The translations under genes were made by a program, and so were the position numbers. 64,000 nucleotides of DNA from Myxococcota bacterium (GTDB lineage Bacteria; Myxococcota; UBA4151). The notes under the pieces are model-generated. The model was given only the letters and a program-made list of their open reading frames with translations, was not told the DNA's origin and searched no databases. The stretch lies in assembly GCA_036338695.1 (NCBI GenBank), contig JAYZBQ010000015.1, positions 90,892 to 154,891 on the forward strand. Direction: 5' to 3'. The first letter of the stretch is position 1. Each line of letters opens with the position of its first letter. Below, one piece after another: positions 1-8,242 of the stretch.

Positions 1-1
1 T

Positions 2-349
2 GCGGGTGCGGTCTTGATCGGTGGCGATGAGCCGGAGGAGCAGGGGATCTTAGGGGTGCTCGGTGGGCGCGTGCGGGTCGAATACCGAGCGCCGGCTGGA
101 GAGCTCCGTCAACTCGCGATCTTGGGCCCGGGCTCGCTGTTTGGATACGACGCCGACCTGCTGGGGCTCGAGCAGCCCTTTCGTTACGTGACGAACGGGC
201 GCGCCTCGATCCTGCGCATGAACGTGCGCTCGATGCGCAGCCTGCTCCAAGCTCATCAACCCCTCGAGACCTACTTGAAAGAGCTCGCCGAGCGTCGACG
301 AGACAGCGCCCAGCGGATCGTGGCGGCACAGAACGACTTCGCGACCTGA
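2..349 (+). CDS. Cyclic nucleotide-binding domain protein, 3' part (starts before the window)
   Basis: Frame is open from the window edge. The pattern VLGGRVRV...LAILGPGSLFG...ASILRM fits a cNMP-binding beta-roll. Confidence 0.65.
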   Translation, partial: AGAVLIGGDEPEEQGILGVLGGRVRVEYRAPAGELRQLAILGPGSLFGYDADLLGLEQPFRYVTNGRASILRMNVRSMRSLLQAHQPLETYLKELAERRRDSAQRIVAAQNDFAT

Positions 350-431
350 GCGGTTCGGCTCGAGCCAACCACCGCGCCGGCTCGACCGCAGGCGGTTGCT
401 GTGGCAGACTTCTGGCTAGGTAGGAGTCGGG

Positions 432-2924
432 ATGCGAAAGCTAAGCCTCATGGTCGTCGCCCTCCTCGGTGTTGCGTGCGGAGACGTCAGCGCACCTGAG
501 TCCGAGCGCTGCGGCGCGTGTGTGCTCCCCCAAGCCGAAGCTGCCTGTGCTGCTGGCGCCTGCCGGCTCATCGCCTGCGAGGACGGCTTCTTTGACCTCA
601 ACGAGCTGCCTGAGGACGGCTGCGAGTATGCCTGCGCGCCCAACCTGCCAGGGATCGAGATCTGCGACGGTGAGGACAACGACTGCGACGGGCGGGTCGA
701 CGAAGGCTATCGGCTCGAGACGGACCTGATGAACTGCGGCGCCTGCGATCGACGTTGCGAGGCGCCGAATGGCGTCCCGGTCTGCGTAGGAGGTGAATGC
801 AGGACCCAGCTGTGTGACGAGGGTTTCTTAGATTGCGACGAAGAGCGCCCAGGCTGCGAGACCGAGCGCTTGAGCGTCGAACACTGCCTGAGCTGTGGTC
901 ACGCGTGCAGCTATGCCAACGCAGACGGTGTCTGCAGCGACGAGGGCTGTTCGATGGGCGCCTGTCACGCAGGCTTTCATGATCTCAACGAGGACCGTGA
1001 GGACGGCTGTGAGTATGCCTGCGTGGTCTCGGAGGAGCCCACGGAGGTCTGTGATCAGGTCGATAACGACTGCGACGGACGCGTCGACGAGGACTTTGAC
1101 CTGCGGGTGAGCCTTCAGCATTGCGGCGCGTGCAACAACCCGTGTGATCCGCTGAACGCCGTCGGCGCGTGCGTTGACGGGCTGTGCCAACTGCTCGCCT
1201 GCGTCGAGGGGTACGGCAACTGCGATGAGGGTCGATTTGGCTGCGAGACGGACCTCAAAACCATGGAGAACTGCGGCGCCTGCGGTCAGGTCTGTCAGCT
1301 GGCGAACGCCACCGCAACCTGTGCCACCGGGCACTGCCGGCTCGAGGGTTGCGACGAGGGCTGGTACAATATCAACGGCGATGACAGCGACGGGTGTGAA
1401 TACCAATGCGTCGATTTCGCGCCTGGACCCGATCTACCCGACCCAGAGTTTCGGGACACGAATTGTGACGGGATCGACGGTGAGGTTGATCAGGCGGTGT
1501 TCGTCGCGAGCTACGGGATGGATAACCCCTTTTGCAACCCGACGAGCCCGTGTCTGAGCGTCAGCCATGCCCTGCAGGTCGCAGCGCAATCGGGTAAGCG
1601 GGAGGCGTATCTCATGGGTGGGCGTTACGAGGGCGTCGTCAACCTGGTGAATGGCGTCTCGATCTATGGTGGCTACGATGGTCGCTGGCGGCGAAGCGCC
1701 GAGCCCGAAGGTCAGGTTGAGCTGGTCGGCGAGGTGCGAGAGCAAGACCAACAGGCGGTGACGATCGTCGGCGCCTTCGTGAGCGCGCAGATCGCCGACG
1801 TGACCCTGACGAGCCCTTCCGCCTCGGGACAGCACCAAGGGCGCGGCGCGAGCAGCCAAACGGTCCACGTCGTGAGCTCCAACATCGTCTTGCGCCGGGT
1901 GGCCTTTCGACCGGGCGCAGGGGCGAGCGGTCAAGCGGGTGCGGCGGGCGCGGGGAGTGGTCAGCAAGGGGGCGCCCCGCCAGGAGCCGCCGGCGGGGGT
2001 GCTCGTCGGTACAACACCACCTGTGACAGCTCGTCGCGCGGCGGCGGTGGTGCCGGCGCAAGCGGTGGTTGTGGTGGCGGAACACGCGGCGGCAACGGCG
2101 GCAGCGGTGGTACAATGGACAGCAACTGCAGCATCTGGAGCCTCAACTACAGCGCGCGCGGGGGGAACCGTGGCGCACACGCCGCTGACCGTCGTCAGGG
2201 CGCCGGTGGTGGCGGTGGCGGCGGCGGTCGCTGCGGTCAGGGCGGCGACGGCGCAGCCGGCTCGACCCTGCATGGCGCTGGCGGCGGAGGTGCCGCTCAA
2301 GGCGGTCGTGTGCTCGACAACTTTTGGTACGCCCACGACGGCGCGCCTGGCGGCATGGGGCAGCATGGCACCGGCGGTGGTGGTGGTGGCGGCAGCGGCG
2401 GCTGCGATGACGGCACCGATGCGCATGGCGCTGGCGGTGGCGGTGGGGGCGCTGGCGGATGCCGAGCCGCTCGAGCAGGAGCCGGAGGGTTTGGAGCCGG
2501 CGGCAGCTTCGGTGTGGTGGCGATTGAGAGCAGCCTGCAGGTGTACAGCTCGACGTTCTATCAAGGACAAGGTGGCGCAGGCGGAGCCGGTGGCTTAGCG
2601 GGCGCTGGTCAGCCCGGCGGGCTCGGTGGTCGAGGTGGTAGTGGCGCAGGCGGCGCTCGCCGCGGCGGTCACGGCGGGGTCGGCGGTCACGGCGGTCACA
2701 GCGGCGGCGGTGGCGGCGGCGCGGGTGGAAACTCGCTGGCGGTCTTGAGATTAGGTGGGCAGTTCCTGCAGGCGCAGAACCAGTTTGAGGGCGGCGCCCC
2801 TGGTGCCGGCGGCGCGGGAGGTGGACAGCCGCCCGGTCGCAACGGCGCCAACGGCGGCGGTGGCGGAGCCGGTGGGCAGCATGGAGCGTTCGGTGTGTGC
2901 GCCCAGCGGGAGGCATGCCAATGA
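432..2924 (+). CDS. Cys-rich lipoprotein with putative metal-binding repeats and a Gly-rich (PGRS-like) C-terminal region
   Basis: AGGAG RBS and lipobox LGVAC. Contains ExCDxxDNDCDGxVDE repeats, N/HCGxCxxxC repeats and a VFVA..G.D...PC motif, followed by long GGxGGxGG tracts. Confidence 0.8.
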   Translation: MRKLSLMVVALLGVACGDVSAPESERCGACVLPQAEAACAAGACRLIACEDGFFDLNELPEDGCEYACAPNLPGIEICDGEDNDCDGRVDEGYRLETDLMNCGACDRRCEAPNGVPVCVGGECRTQLCDEGFLDCDEERPGCETERLSVEHCLSCGHACSYANADGVCSDEGCSMGACHAGFHDLNEDREDGCEYACVVSEEPTEVCDQVDNDCDGRVDEDFDLRVSLQHCGACNNPCDPLNAVGACVDGLCQLLACVEGYGNCDEGRFGCETDLKTMENCGACGQVCQLANATATCATGHCRLEGCDEGWYNINGDDSDGCEYQCVDFAPGPDLPDPEFRDTNCDGIDGEVDQAVFVASYGMDNPFCNPTSPCLSVSHALQVAAQSGKREAYLMGGRYEGVVNLVNGVSIYGGYDGRWRRSAEPEGQVELVGEVREQDQQAVTIVGAFVSAQIADVTLTSPSASGQHQGRGASSQTVHVVSSNIVLRRVAFRPGAGASGQAGAAGAGSGQQGGAPPGAAGGGARRYNTTCDSSSRGGGGAGASGGCGGGTRGGNGGSGGTMDSNCSIWSLNYSARGGNRGAHAADRRQGAGGGGGGGGRCGQGGDGAAGSTLHGAGGGGAAQGGRVLDNFWYAHDGAPGGMGQHGTGGGGGGGSGGCDDGTDAHGAGGGGGGAGGCRAARAGAGGFGAGGSFGVVAIESSLQVYSSTFYQGQGGAGGAGGLAGAGQPGGLGGRGGSGAGGARRGGHGGVGGHGGHSGGGGGGAGGNSLAVLRLGGQFLQAQNQFEGGAPGAGGAGGGQPPGRNGANGGGGGAGGQHGAFGVCAQREACQ

Positions 2925-4411
2925 GGCGGCTCGTGATCGTCTTGCTCGCCGTGGCGAGCTGCGGCGAGGACACCGTGGTGGTCCGCGAGGTCGCGGCGAC
3001 CTGCGGTAACGGAGAGGTCGAGACGGGGGAGCAGTGCGACGATGGCAACCTCGACGCTGCGGACGCCTGCACCGATTCGTGTCGAGTGGCGCGTTGCGGC
3101 GACGCCGTCCAGCGCTCGGATCTGAGCTTGGATGATCTCGATTATGAAGGCTGTGACGACGGCAATTCGAGCGAAGATGATGGCTGCACAAACACCTGCC
3201 GCCCCGCCGTCTGCGGCGACGGCTTGGTGCGGACCGATATCCCACCGGGCGCGCCGGGCTACGAGGCGTGTGATGACGGCAACGCGATCGATCAGGACGG
3301 ATGTCTGAGCAGCTGCCAGTTGGCGCGTTGCGGCGACGGGATTCGGCGCGCGGATCGCCGCCCCGATGAAGAGGGCTACGAAGTCTGTGACGACGGCAAC
3401 GACGACGAGACAGATCAGTGTCGGAGAGACTGCACTGGCGCCGTCTGCGGCGACGGGATCGTCAGCGACGGTGAGGTCTGCGATGACGGCAATGATGATG
3501 AGGACGACGGCTGCACCTCGCGATGTACTGCGCCAACCTGCGGTGACGGGGCGCTTCAGGCCGCCGCAGGCGAGCAATGCGATGATGGCAACACGGACGA
3601 GGCGGATGGGTGCACCAACCGGTGCCTGCTCGCAGCCTGCGGCGATGGGATCGTGCGCCAAGATCTCGAGCCGGGTGAGGCGGGCTACGAGTTTTGTGAC
3701 GACGGCAACCTCGCCGACGCCGACGCCTGCACAGCGGCTTGCGTTGTGGCGCGCTGTGGTGACGGGATCGTCCGAGGCGATCTGGTGCCTGGCCGTGAGG
3801 GCTTTGAAGACTGCGATGACGGCAACCAAGTGGGCGGCGACGGCTGCGCTTCAGACTGCCGCATGGAGCGTTGCGGCAACGGTCGGGTCGACCCGGGGGA
3901 AGACTGCGATGACGCCAACCTGCGCAACGACGATGAGTGCAGCAACGCGTGCCTGGCGCGCAGCGCCTGCTCAGCGCAGGCCGAATGGCGCTTTGAGATC
4001 ACGCCAAACCTTTGGGTCTGTATGAACGATGCGGTGGTGGAGACCTATGAGGACAGCGACGCCTTGTGCGGCGCGAGCGCAACGCCTGCGACGCACGCGC
4101 TCGTTGAGAACCTGCGCGAGCCCTCTGTCGCCGAGAACCAAGCGTTCTGGAGCTGGTACGATGAGCGCGAGGGAGCGCCCCCGGCGTCCTACATTCGGAC
4201 GGGGCAGAAGCGACGGGGGGGATGTACCCGGGAGGCTTATGGCGACCTGCTGATTACGCGTTGGTGGGATGGGAGCGAGCGCGGCGCCTGGGGCGATCTC
4301 TTTCGAGGCGGCTCAAGCTGTCAGGCGCCAAGCTCGGATGTCGCCAACATGGGGCGTGCGCTGACCGGCGTGGTCTGCGTGCGCGGAGCCTATGCGCCAC
4401 CTGCCCCGTAG
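2921..4411 (+). CDS. Lipoprotein with 9 Myxococcus-type cysteine-rich repeats (DUF4215-like) and an unknown C-terminal domain
   Basis: ATG at 2921 overlaps the upstream TGA (ATGA). Signal MRRLVIVLLAVASC, then 9 CG(D/N)x...ExCDDxN repeats. Confidence 0.85.
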   Translation: MRRLVIVLLAVASCGEDTVVVREVAATCGNGEVETGEQCDDGNLDAADACTDSCRVARCGDAVQRSDLSLDDLDYEGCDDGNSSEDDGCTNTCRPAVCGDGLVRTDIPPGAPGYEACDDGNAIDQDGCLSSCQLARCGDGIRRADRRPDEEGYEVCDDGNDDETDQCRRDCTGAVCGDGIVSDGEVCDDGNDDEDDGCTSRCTAPTCGDGALQAAAGEQCDDGNTDEADGCTNRCLLAACGDGIVRQDLEPGEAGYEFCDDGNLADADACTAACVVARCGDGIVRGDLVPGREGFEDCDDGNQVGGDGCASDCRMERCGNGRVDPGEDCDDANLRNDDECSNACLARSACSAQAEWRFEITPNLWVCMNDAVVETYEDSDALCGASATPATHALVENLREPSVAENQAFWSWYDEREGAPPASYIRTGQKRRGGCTREAYGDLLITRWWDGSERGAWGDLFRGGSSCQAPSSDVANMGRALTGVVCVRGAYAPPAP

Positions 4412-4421
4412 AGCGATCTGT

Positions 4422-5942
4422 GTGATCAGGGCGCTCGGCCTGCTGGCGTTGTCCCTGTCGCAAGCCTGCGACTCATCGCCGGGTGACGCTCAAGAAAGCC
4501 TCGTCTGCCAGCCGAGTTGCGGCGCAAATCAGCGCTGCGCTGAGGCGCAATGCCTCTGTGCGCCCGGGTTTAACGACTGCGACGGGCTCGCCGATAATGG
4601 CTGCGAGCGCGCCGGCGCTTGCGTCTGCCAGCACGGCGCCGTCGAGAGCTGCTACAGCGGCATGGAGGGGACCGCTGATGTCGGTCGCTGTGTCGCCGGC
4701 CGGCGCTCGTGTTTCGGGGGTGCTTGGACGGTCTGCGAGGGAGAGGTCGTCCCCGGCGTCGAGGTCTGCGCTGATGGGGTCGATAATGACTGTGATGGGG
4801 TCGTTGACGAAGACGACGACCTCGACGGAGACGGTTTTGGACGCTGCAGCGGGGATTGCTGTGATGACCCCTCTGTCTGCGGCGACCCAGCCTCGGTTAA
4901 CCCAGCCGCCTTTGACTTTCCGGATAACGGTCAGGATGACGACTGTGACGGCAGCGAGGTCACGGCTGCTACGTCGCTGTGCGAGCAGCCCAGCGTTTTG
5001 AGCGGTGCGACCGCCTACGACCTCGCCGCTGCGATGGAGCTGTGCCAGCGCACGACAGACGATCAGCCTGCTTGGGGGCTCCTCTCAGCCGAGCTGACGC
5101 AGGTGCAGCCGGGCTCGTTACCCCAGGACACGCAAGTAGCGGTGCTCGAGGGGTTTGGCGGCAACCGGCAGCCGCCGCGTGCGGGCGCCTCGCTCACCGT
5201 TTTGACCACCGGGTTGGCGCGAGGGGTGGGCGATCCCGGCTATCAAGGAGACCGCTCGATCCTCGCCGTCGAGGGTCGAGTGGCTGCGCCCGAGGATTAT
5301 CTCGCCGCCAACGAGGGGCGTCTGCTGACCAATCCGCAGTGTCCCGAGGCCGAGACCAGCGTCTACGACTCGGTGCGCTTGGCGCTGCGCATTCGTGTGC
5401 CGAGCAACGCGTTCGGGCTGCGGTTTGATTTTCGTTTTTGGTCTCGTGAGTATCCCGACTTTCTCTGCACCGAGTTTAATGACTTTTTCTTGGTGCGCTT
5501 ACGCAGCGAGCACCCTGCGATCCCGCAGGACCGAAATATCAGCTTCGACGCGCAGGGAAACCCGGTCACCGTCAACAGCGCCTTCTTTACCACCTGTGAG
5601 GCGCTGGCTTGCGATGACCCGATCCAGTGGGGCTTGCGCCCGCGCCGTGACCTTGACGAGGATGGCTGCGTCGACTCGCTGTCCTGCGACGAGGAAGGAA
5701 CCTGCGCAGGGTTACAGGGTGCTTGCCCTGATGGTTCGGAGGATCTAGCTGCCTACACGCTCGACGTCCGCAGCGCCGGCGCGACGTCGTGGCTGACGAC
5801 CTCGGCTCCGGTCGTGCCGGGCGAGCTCATCGAGCTGGAGTTCCTGCTCTGGGACAGCAGCGACGGGAACCTCGACTCGTTGGTACTGCTCGACAATTTC
5901 GCCTGGGTGACGCCGGAGCCGCCGCTCGACACCAAGCGCTAG
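4422..5942 (+). CDS. Cys-rich lipoprotein with a choice-of-anchor L-like domain
   Basis: Probable GTG start at 4422 with lipobox LSQAC. Has EVCADGVDNDCDG motifs and the motifs SREYPDFLCTEFNDFF and WDSSDGNLDSLVLLDNF. Confidence 0.7.
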   Translation: MIRALGLLALSLSQACDSSPGDAQESLVCQPSCGANQRCAEAQCLCAPGFNDCDGLADNGCERAGACVCQHGAVESCYSGMEGTADVGRCVAGRRSCFGGAWTVCEGEVVPGVEVCADGVDNDCDGVVDEDDDLDGDGFGRCSGDCCDDPSVCGDPASVNPAAFDFPDNGQDDDCDGSEVTAATSLCEQPSVLSGATAYDLAAAMELCQRTTDDQPAWGLLSAELTQVQPGSLPQDTQVAVLEGFGGNRQPPRAGASLTVLTTGLARGVGDPGYQGDRSILAVEGRVAAPEDYLAANEGRLLTNPQCPEAETSVYDSVRLALRIRVPSNAFGLRFDFRFWSREYPDFLCTEFNDFFLVRLRSEHPAIPQDRNISFDAQGNPVTVNSAFFTTCEALACDDPIQWGLRPRRDLDEDGCVDSLSCDEEGTCAGLQGACPDGSEDLAAYTLDVRSAGATSWLTTSAPVVPGELIELEFLLWDSSDGNLDSLVLLDNFAWVTPEPPLDTKR

Positions 5943-6415
5943 CCCTCTTGCGCTGCCTCGATCGCACGCCGACGTGGGCGCACAGCCTGCCAGCCCCGCC
6001 ACAGGGCGCCGAGGATGAACAGGTCGAGCATCAGGAACATCCAGAACCACTCGTTTCGACTGTACCCGATCACGTACATGGTGCTGCGAGCGATGAGCCA
6101 GACGCTGAACCCGAGGATCGCAGACTCGGCGGCGCGCCACCACGAGGCGACCAGCAGACCGCTGTAGAAGATAAAGCCAGTCATCGCGATGGTGAAGTTG
6201 AGCTGAGCGCCCTCGTACATCGCGACCAGCACGTCCTTCGGCGTTGGCGGCAGGTTTTGGGCTGCGGCGGGGTCGTACCCGGCTTGGAGGTCCAGCGCCA
6301 AGCTGCCGCTAAAGTAGGTGAGCACGCCGAGAAAGAAACCAGCGACCATCAAGGAGCGGCGCGTGACGGTGGCGCCTGTGTCGTGGCGAAGGTGGCGCGG
6401 CTTGTCTTGGGTCAT
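5939..6415 (-). CDS. Hypothetical integral membrane protein (about 4 TM segments)
   Basis: ATG at 6415 overlaps the upstream stop (ATGA). Several hydrophobic segments. Confidence 0.7.
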   Translation of the reverse strand: MTQDKPRHLRHDTGATVTRRSLMVAGFFLGVLTYFSGSLALDLQAGYDPAAAQNLPPTPKDVLVAMYEGAQLNFTIAMTGFIFYSGLLVASWWRAAESAILGFSVWLIARSTMYVIGYSRNEWFWMFLMLDLFILGALWRGWQAVRPRRRAIEAAQEG

Positions 6416-7143
6416 GGTACCGACTCCGAGTCGATCAAATCGGCGTAGACCTCGGGGCGCGAGAAGCTCTCTGAGAGCCGGGCGGTCGCACAACAGGTCA
6501 CGCGTAAGGTGGCGCAGGGGGGTGAAGCCTCGTCCAGCAGCACGTGCAGGTCGTCGCCATCCGCAAGGAGCAGCCCGAGCTCCCAGTCTGGGTTCGGCGG
6601 CGTAACGGCTTGCGTGAGGGGAACGCTGACCAGATGAAAGCCGTCTTTGAGCGCGTCCGGCCCCTCGGCAAGAACTGGAATGATGGCGCTGAGCGCAGGG
6701 TCAAGCGGTAGCGGTTCGCACCAGCGTCGCCAGGGCTCGTCTGCGTCTTCGCGTACAAAACCGTGGAGCTTGAGGCGAGCCAACTGCAAGCCCGTAAAAT
6801 TCGTCCAGGTGTGGGCAAGCGGCAGGGTCCGCAAGCCACGGTTTCGATAGGTCGTCCCTCGGCACGACAGCGCCGTGGTGAGCGACGGCATCAGGTAGCG
6901 AATCTGTCCCGCCTTGATCATGAATTGAAGTCCGAGCTCAGCGTCCGGTGCCGGTAACCCTTGCGGCAGCCAGAGCTCGTCGGTGTGGCGCGGGTCGAGC
7001 CAGCCGCCGCCTGACGCAAGCGTCTTGATCTCATGGAGGCGGTGCGCCTCGACCAGCCATTGGCGCCACCGTTGCATCAGCACCAGCGGCAAGCGCTCGA
7101 CGCTCGCTGCGTTGATCAGCCGGATGTCCTGACGCGCCGTCAT
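6412..7143 (-). CDS. Hypothetical protein (243 aa)
   Basis: Fills the gap exactly, with ATGA overlaps at both ends. No family recognised. Confidence 0.7.
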   Translation of the reverse strand: MTARQDIRLINAASVERLPLVLMQRWRQWLVEAHRLHEIKTLASGGGWLDPRHTDELWLPQGLPAPDAELGLQFMIKAGQIRYLMPSLTTALSCRGTTYRNRGLRTLPLAHTWTNFTGLQLARLKLHGFVREDADEPWRRWCEPLPLDPALSAIIPVLAEGPDALKDGFHLVSVPLTQAVTPPNPDWELGLLLADGDDLHVLLDEASPPCATLRVTCCATARLSESFSRPEVYADLIDSESVP

Positions 7144-7703
7144 TGAATCAGGTCTCCACTGTCGACACGCGGTAAGGTGTCCGGGTTGAGACCGACGCCC
7201 GACGCAAGGTCGCTCCAGAGAGACGCTCGGTCACCGCTCAAGATGCGCTCGCGCTCGCCTGCGCTGGGCACCACAAACCAACTGCCTAGCTCGATCTCCT
7301 GCTCCAGTTGACCCGGTCCCCAGCCGGCGTAGCCCATCACGATCCAGAAGCTCTCGTCGCTCTCGTGACAGAGTCGGTTGAGGCTCTCGCGCTGGGTCGC
7401 AAGATAGAGCCCCTTGAAGATCTCCTCGCTGTCCTCGCCAAGGTCCGGTGTGCGGTGCAAGACGACGGCTTGCTCTGGAGTCACCGGACCGCCGTGAAGG
7501 AGCCCTGGGCTGACCAGCGGAGCCGGGATGTCCATGAGCTCAAGGACCTGCTCGCAGTCAATGCGGCGGAACGGACGATTGATAACCAAGCCGTAGCCGC
7601 CCGTCTCGTCATGCCGGAGCAACAAGATGACGGTCCGTGAGAACCACCCCCCGTCTAGATCAGGCGTTGCGAGCATCAGCGTTGGTGCCAGGCTCCGTTT
7701 CAC
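7140..7703 (-). CDS. YqgE/AlgH (DUF179) family protein
   Basis: Motifs F.RTVILL..H, GLVINRP, GGPV and GYAGWGPGQLEQEI..GSW. Confidence 0.93.
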   Translation of the reverse strand: MKRSLAPTLMLATPDLDGGWFSRTVILLLRHDETGGYGLVINRPFRRIDCEQVLELMDIPAPLVSPGLLHGGPVTPEQAVVLHRTPDLGEDSEEIFKGLYLATQRESLNRLCHESDESFWIVMGYAGWGPGQLEQEIELGSWFVVPSAGERERILSGDRASLWSDLASGVGLNPDTLPRVDSGDLIQ

Positions 7704-8242
7704 GGGGCGGGAGCCTCCGAAGCCGGGGTCGTCGGCGCTGCGCTCGGTTTGGGTGCTGCCGAAGCCGCGCCGACAGGGCGAGCGAGTAAGCCGACCAGCT
7801 CGAGCTCGAACACGAGCGTCGTGTTGGGCGGGATGAGGGTGCCGAAGCCCCGGTCTGCGTACGCGAGGTGGGGCGGTATCGTGAGGCGACGCTTTTCACC
7901 GAGCCCCATGGTCAAGATCGCCTCGTCCCAACCCTTGATCACTCGCCCGACACCGGCTGGGAACACGTAGGGCGCTCGGTTCTCAAGGACCGACGAGTCA
8001 AAGACTCTGCCGTCCGTAAAGCGCCCCGTGTAGTGCACCGTCACCTGCTGTCCGCGCACCGGCTTCTCATCAAGCCCGCGCTTGAGGACCACGTACTGGA
8101 GCCCTGAGGGGGTCGTGATCGTCTTTTCAGCGCTGGGCGATGCCTCTGGCGAGGGGGCTGGGGAGGCCGGGCTCGCCTCCGGCGCCGGGGGTGCGCTTTG
8201 CGTACAGGCAGAGCCGATCAGCAGCAGGGCAAGCCAGCGCAT
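7700..8242 (-). CDS. FKBP-type peptidyl-prolyl isomerase, lipoprotein
   Basis: Lipobox IGSAC. Motifs VHYTG, FDSS, VIKGWDE, IPPHLAY and IPPNTTLVFELEL. Confidence 0.95.
   Translation of the reverse strand: MRWLALLLIGSACTQSAPPAPEASPASPAPSPEASPSAEKTITTPSGLQYVVLKRGLDEKPVRGQQVTVHYTGRFTDGRVFDSSVLENRAPYVFPAGVGRVIKGWDEAILTMGLGEKRRLTIPPHLAYADRGFGTLIPPNTTLVFELELVGLLARPVGAASAAPKPSAAPTTPASEAPAP

Noticed and set aside
2995..3960. Regularly recurring TGCGGCGACGG and TGCGATGACGGCAAC units resembling a CRISPR array
   Set aside because: These are degenerate in-frame codons of protein repeats with variable third positions, and no cas genes are present.
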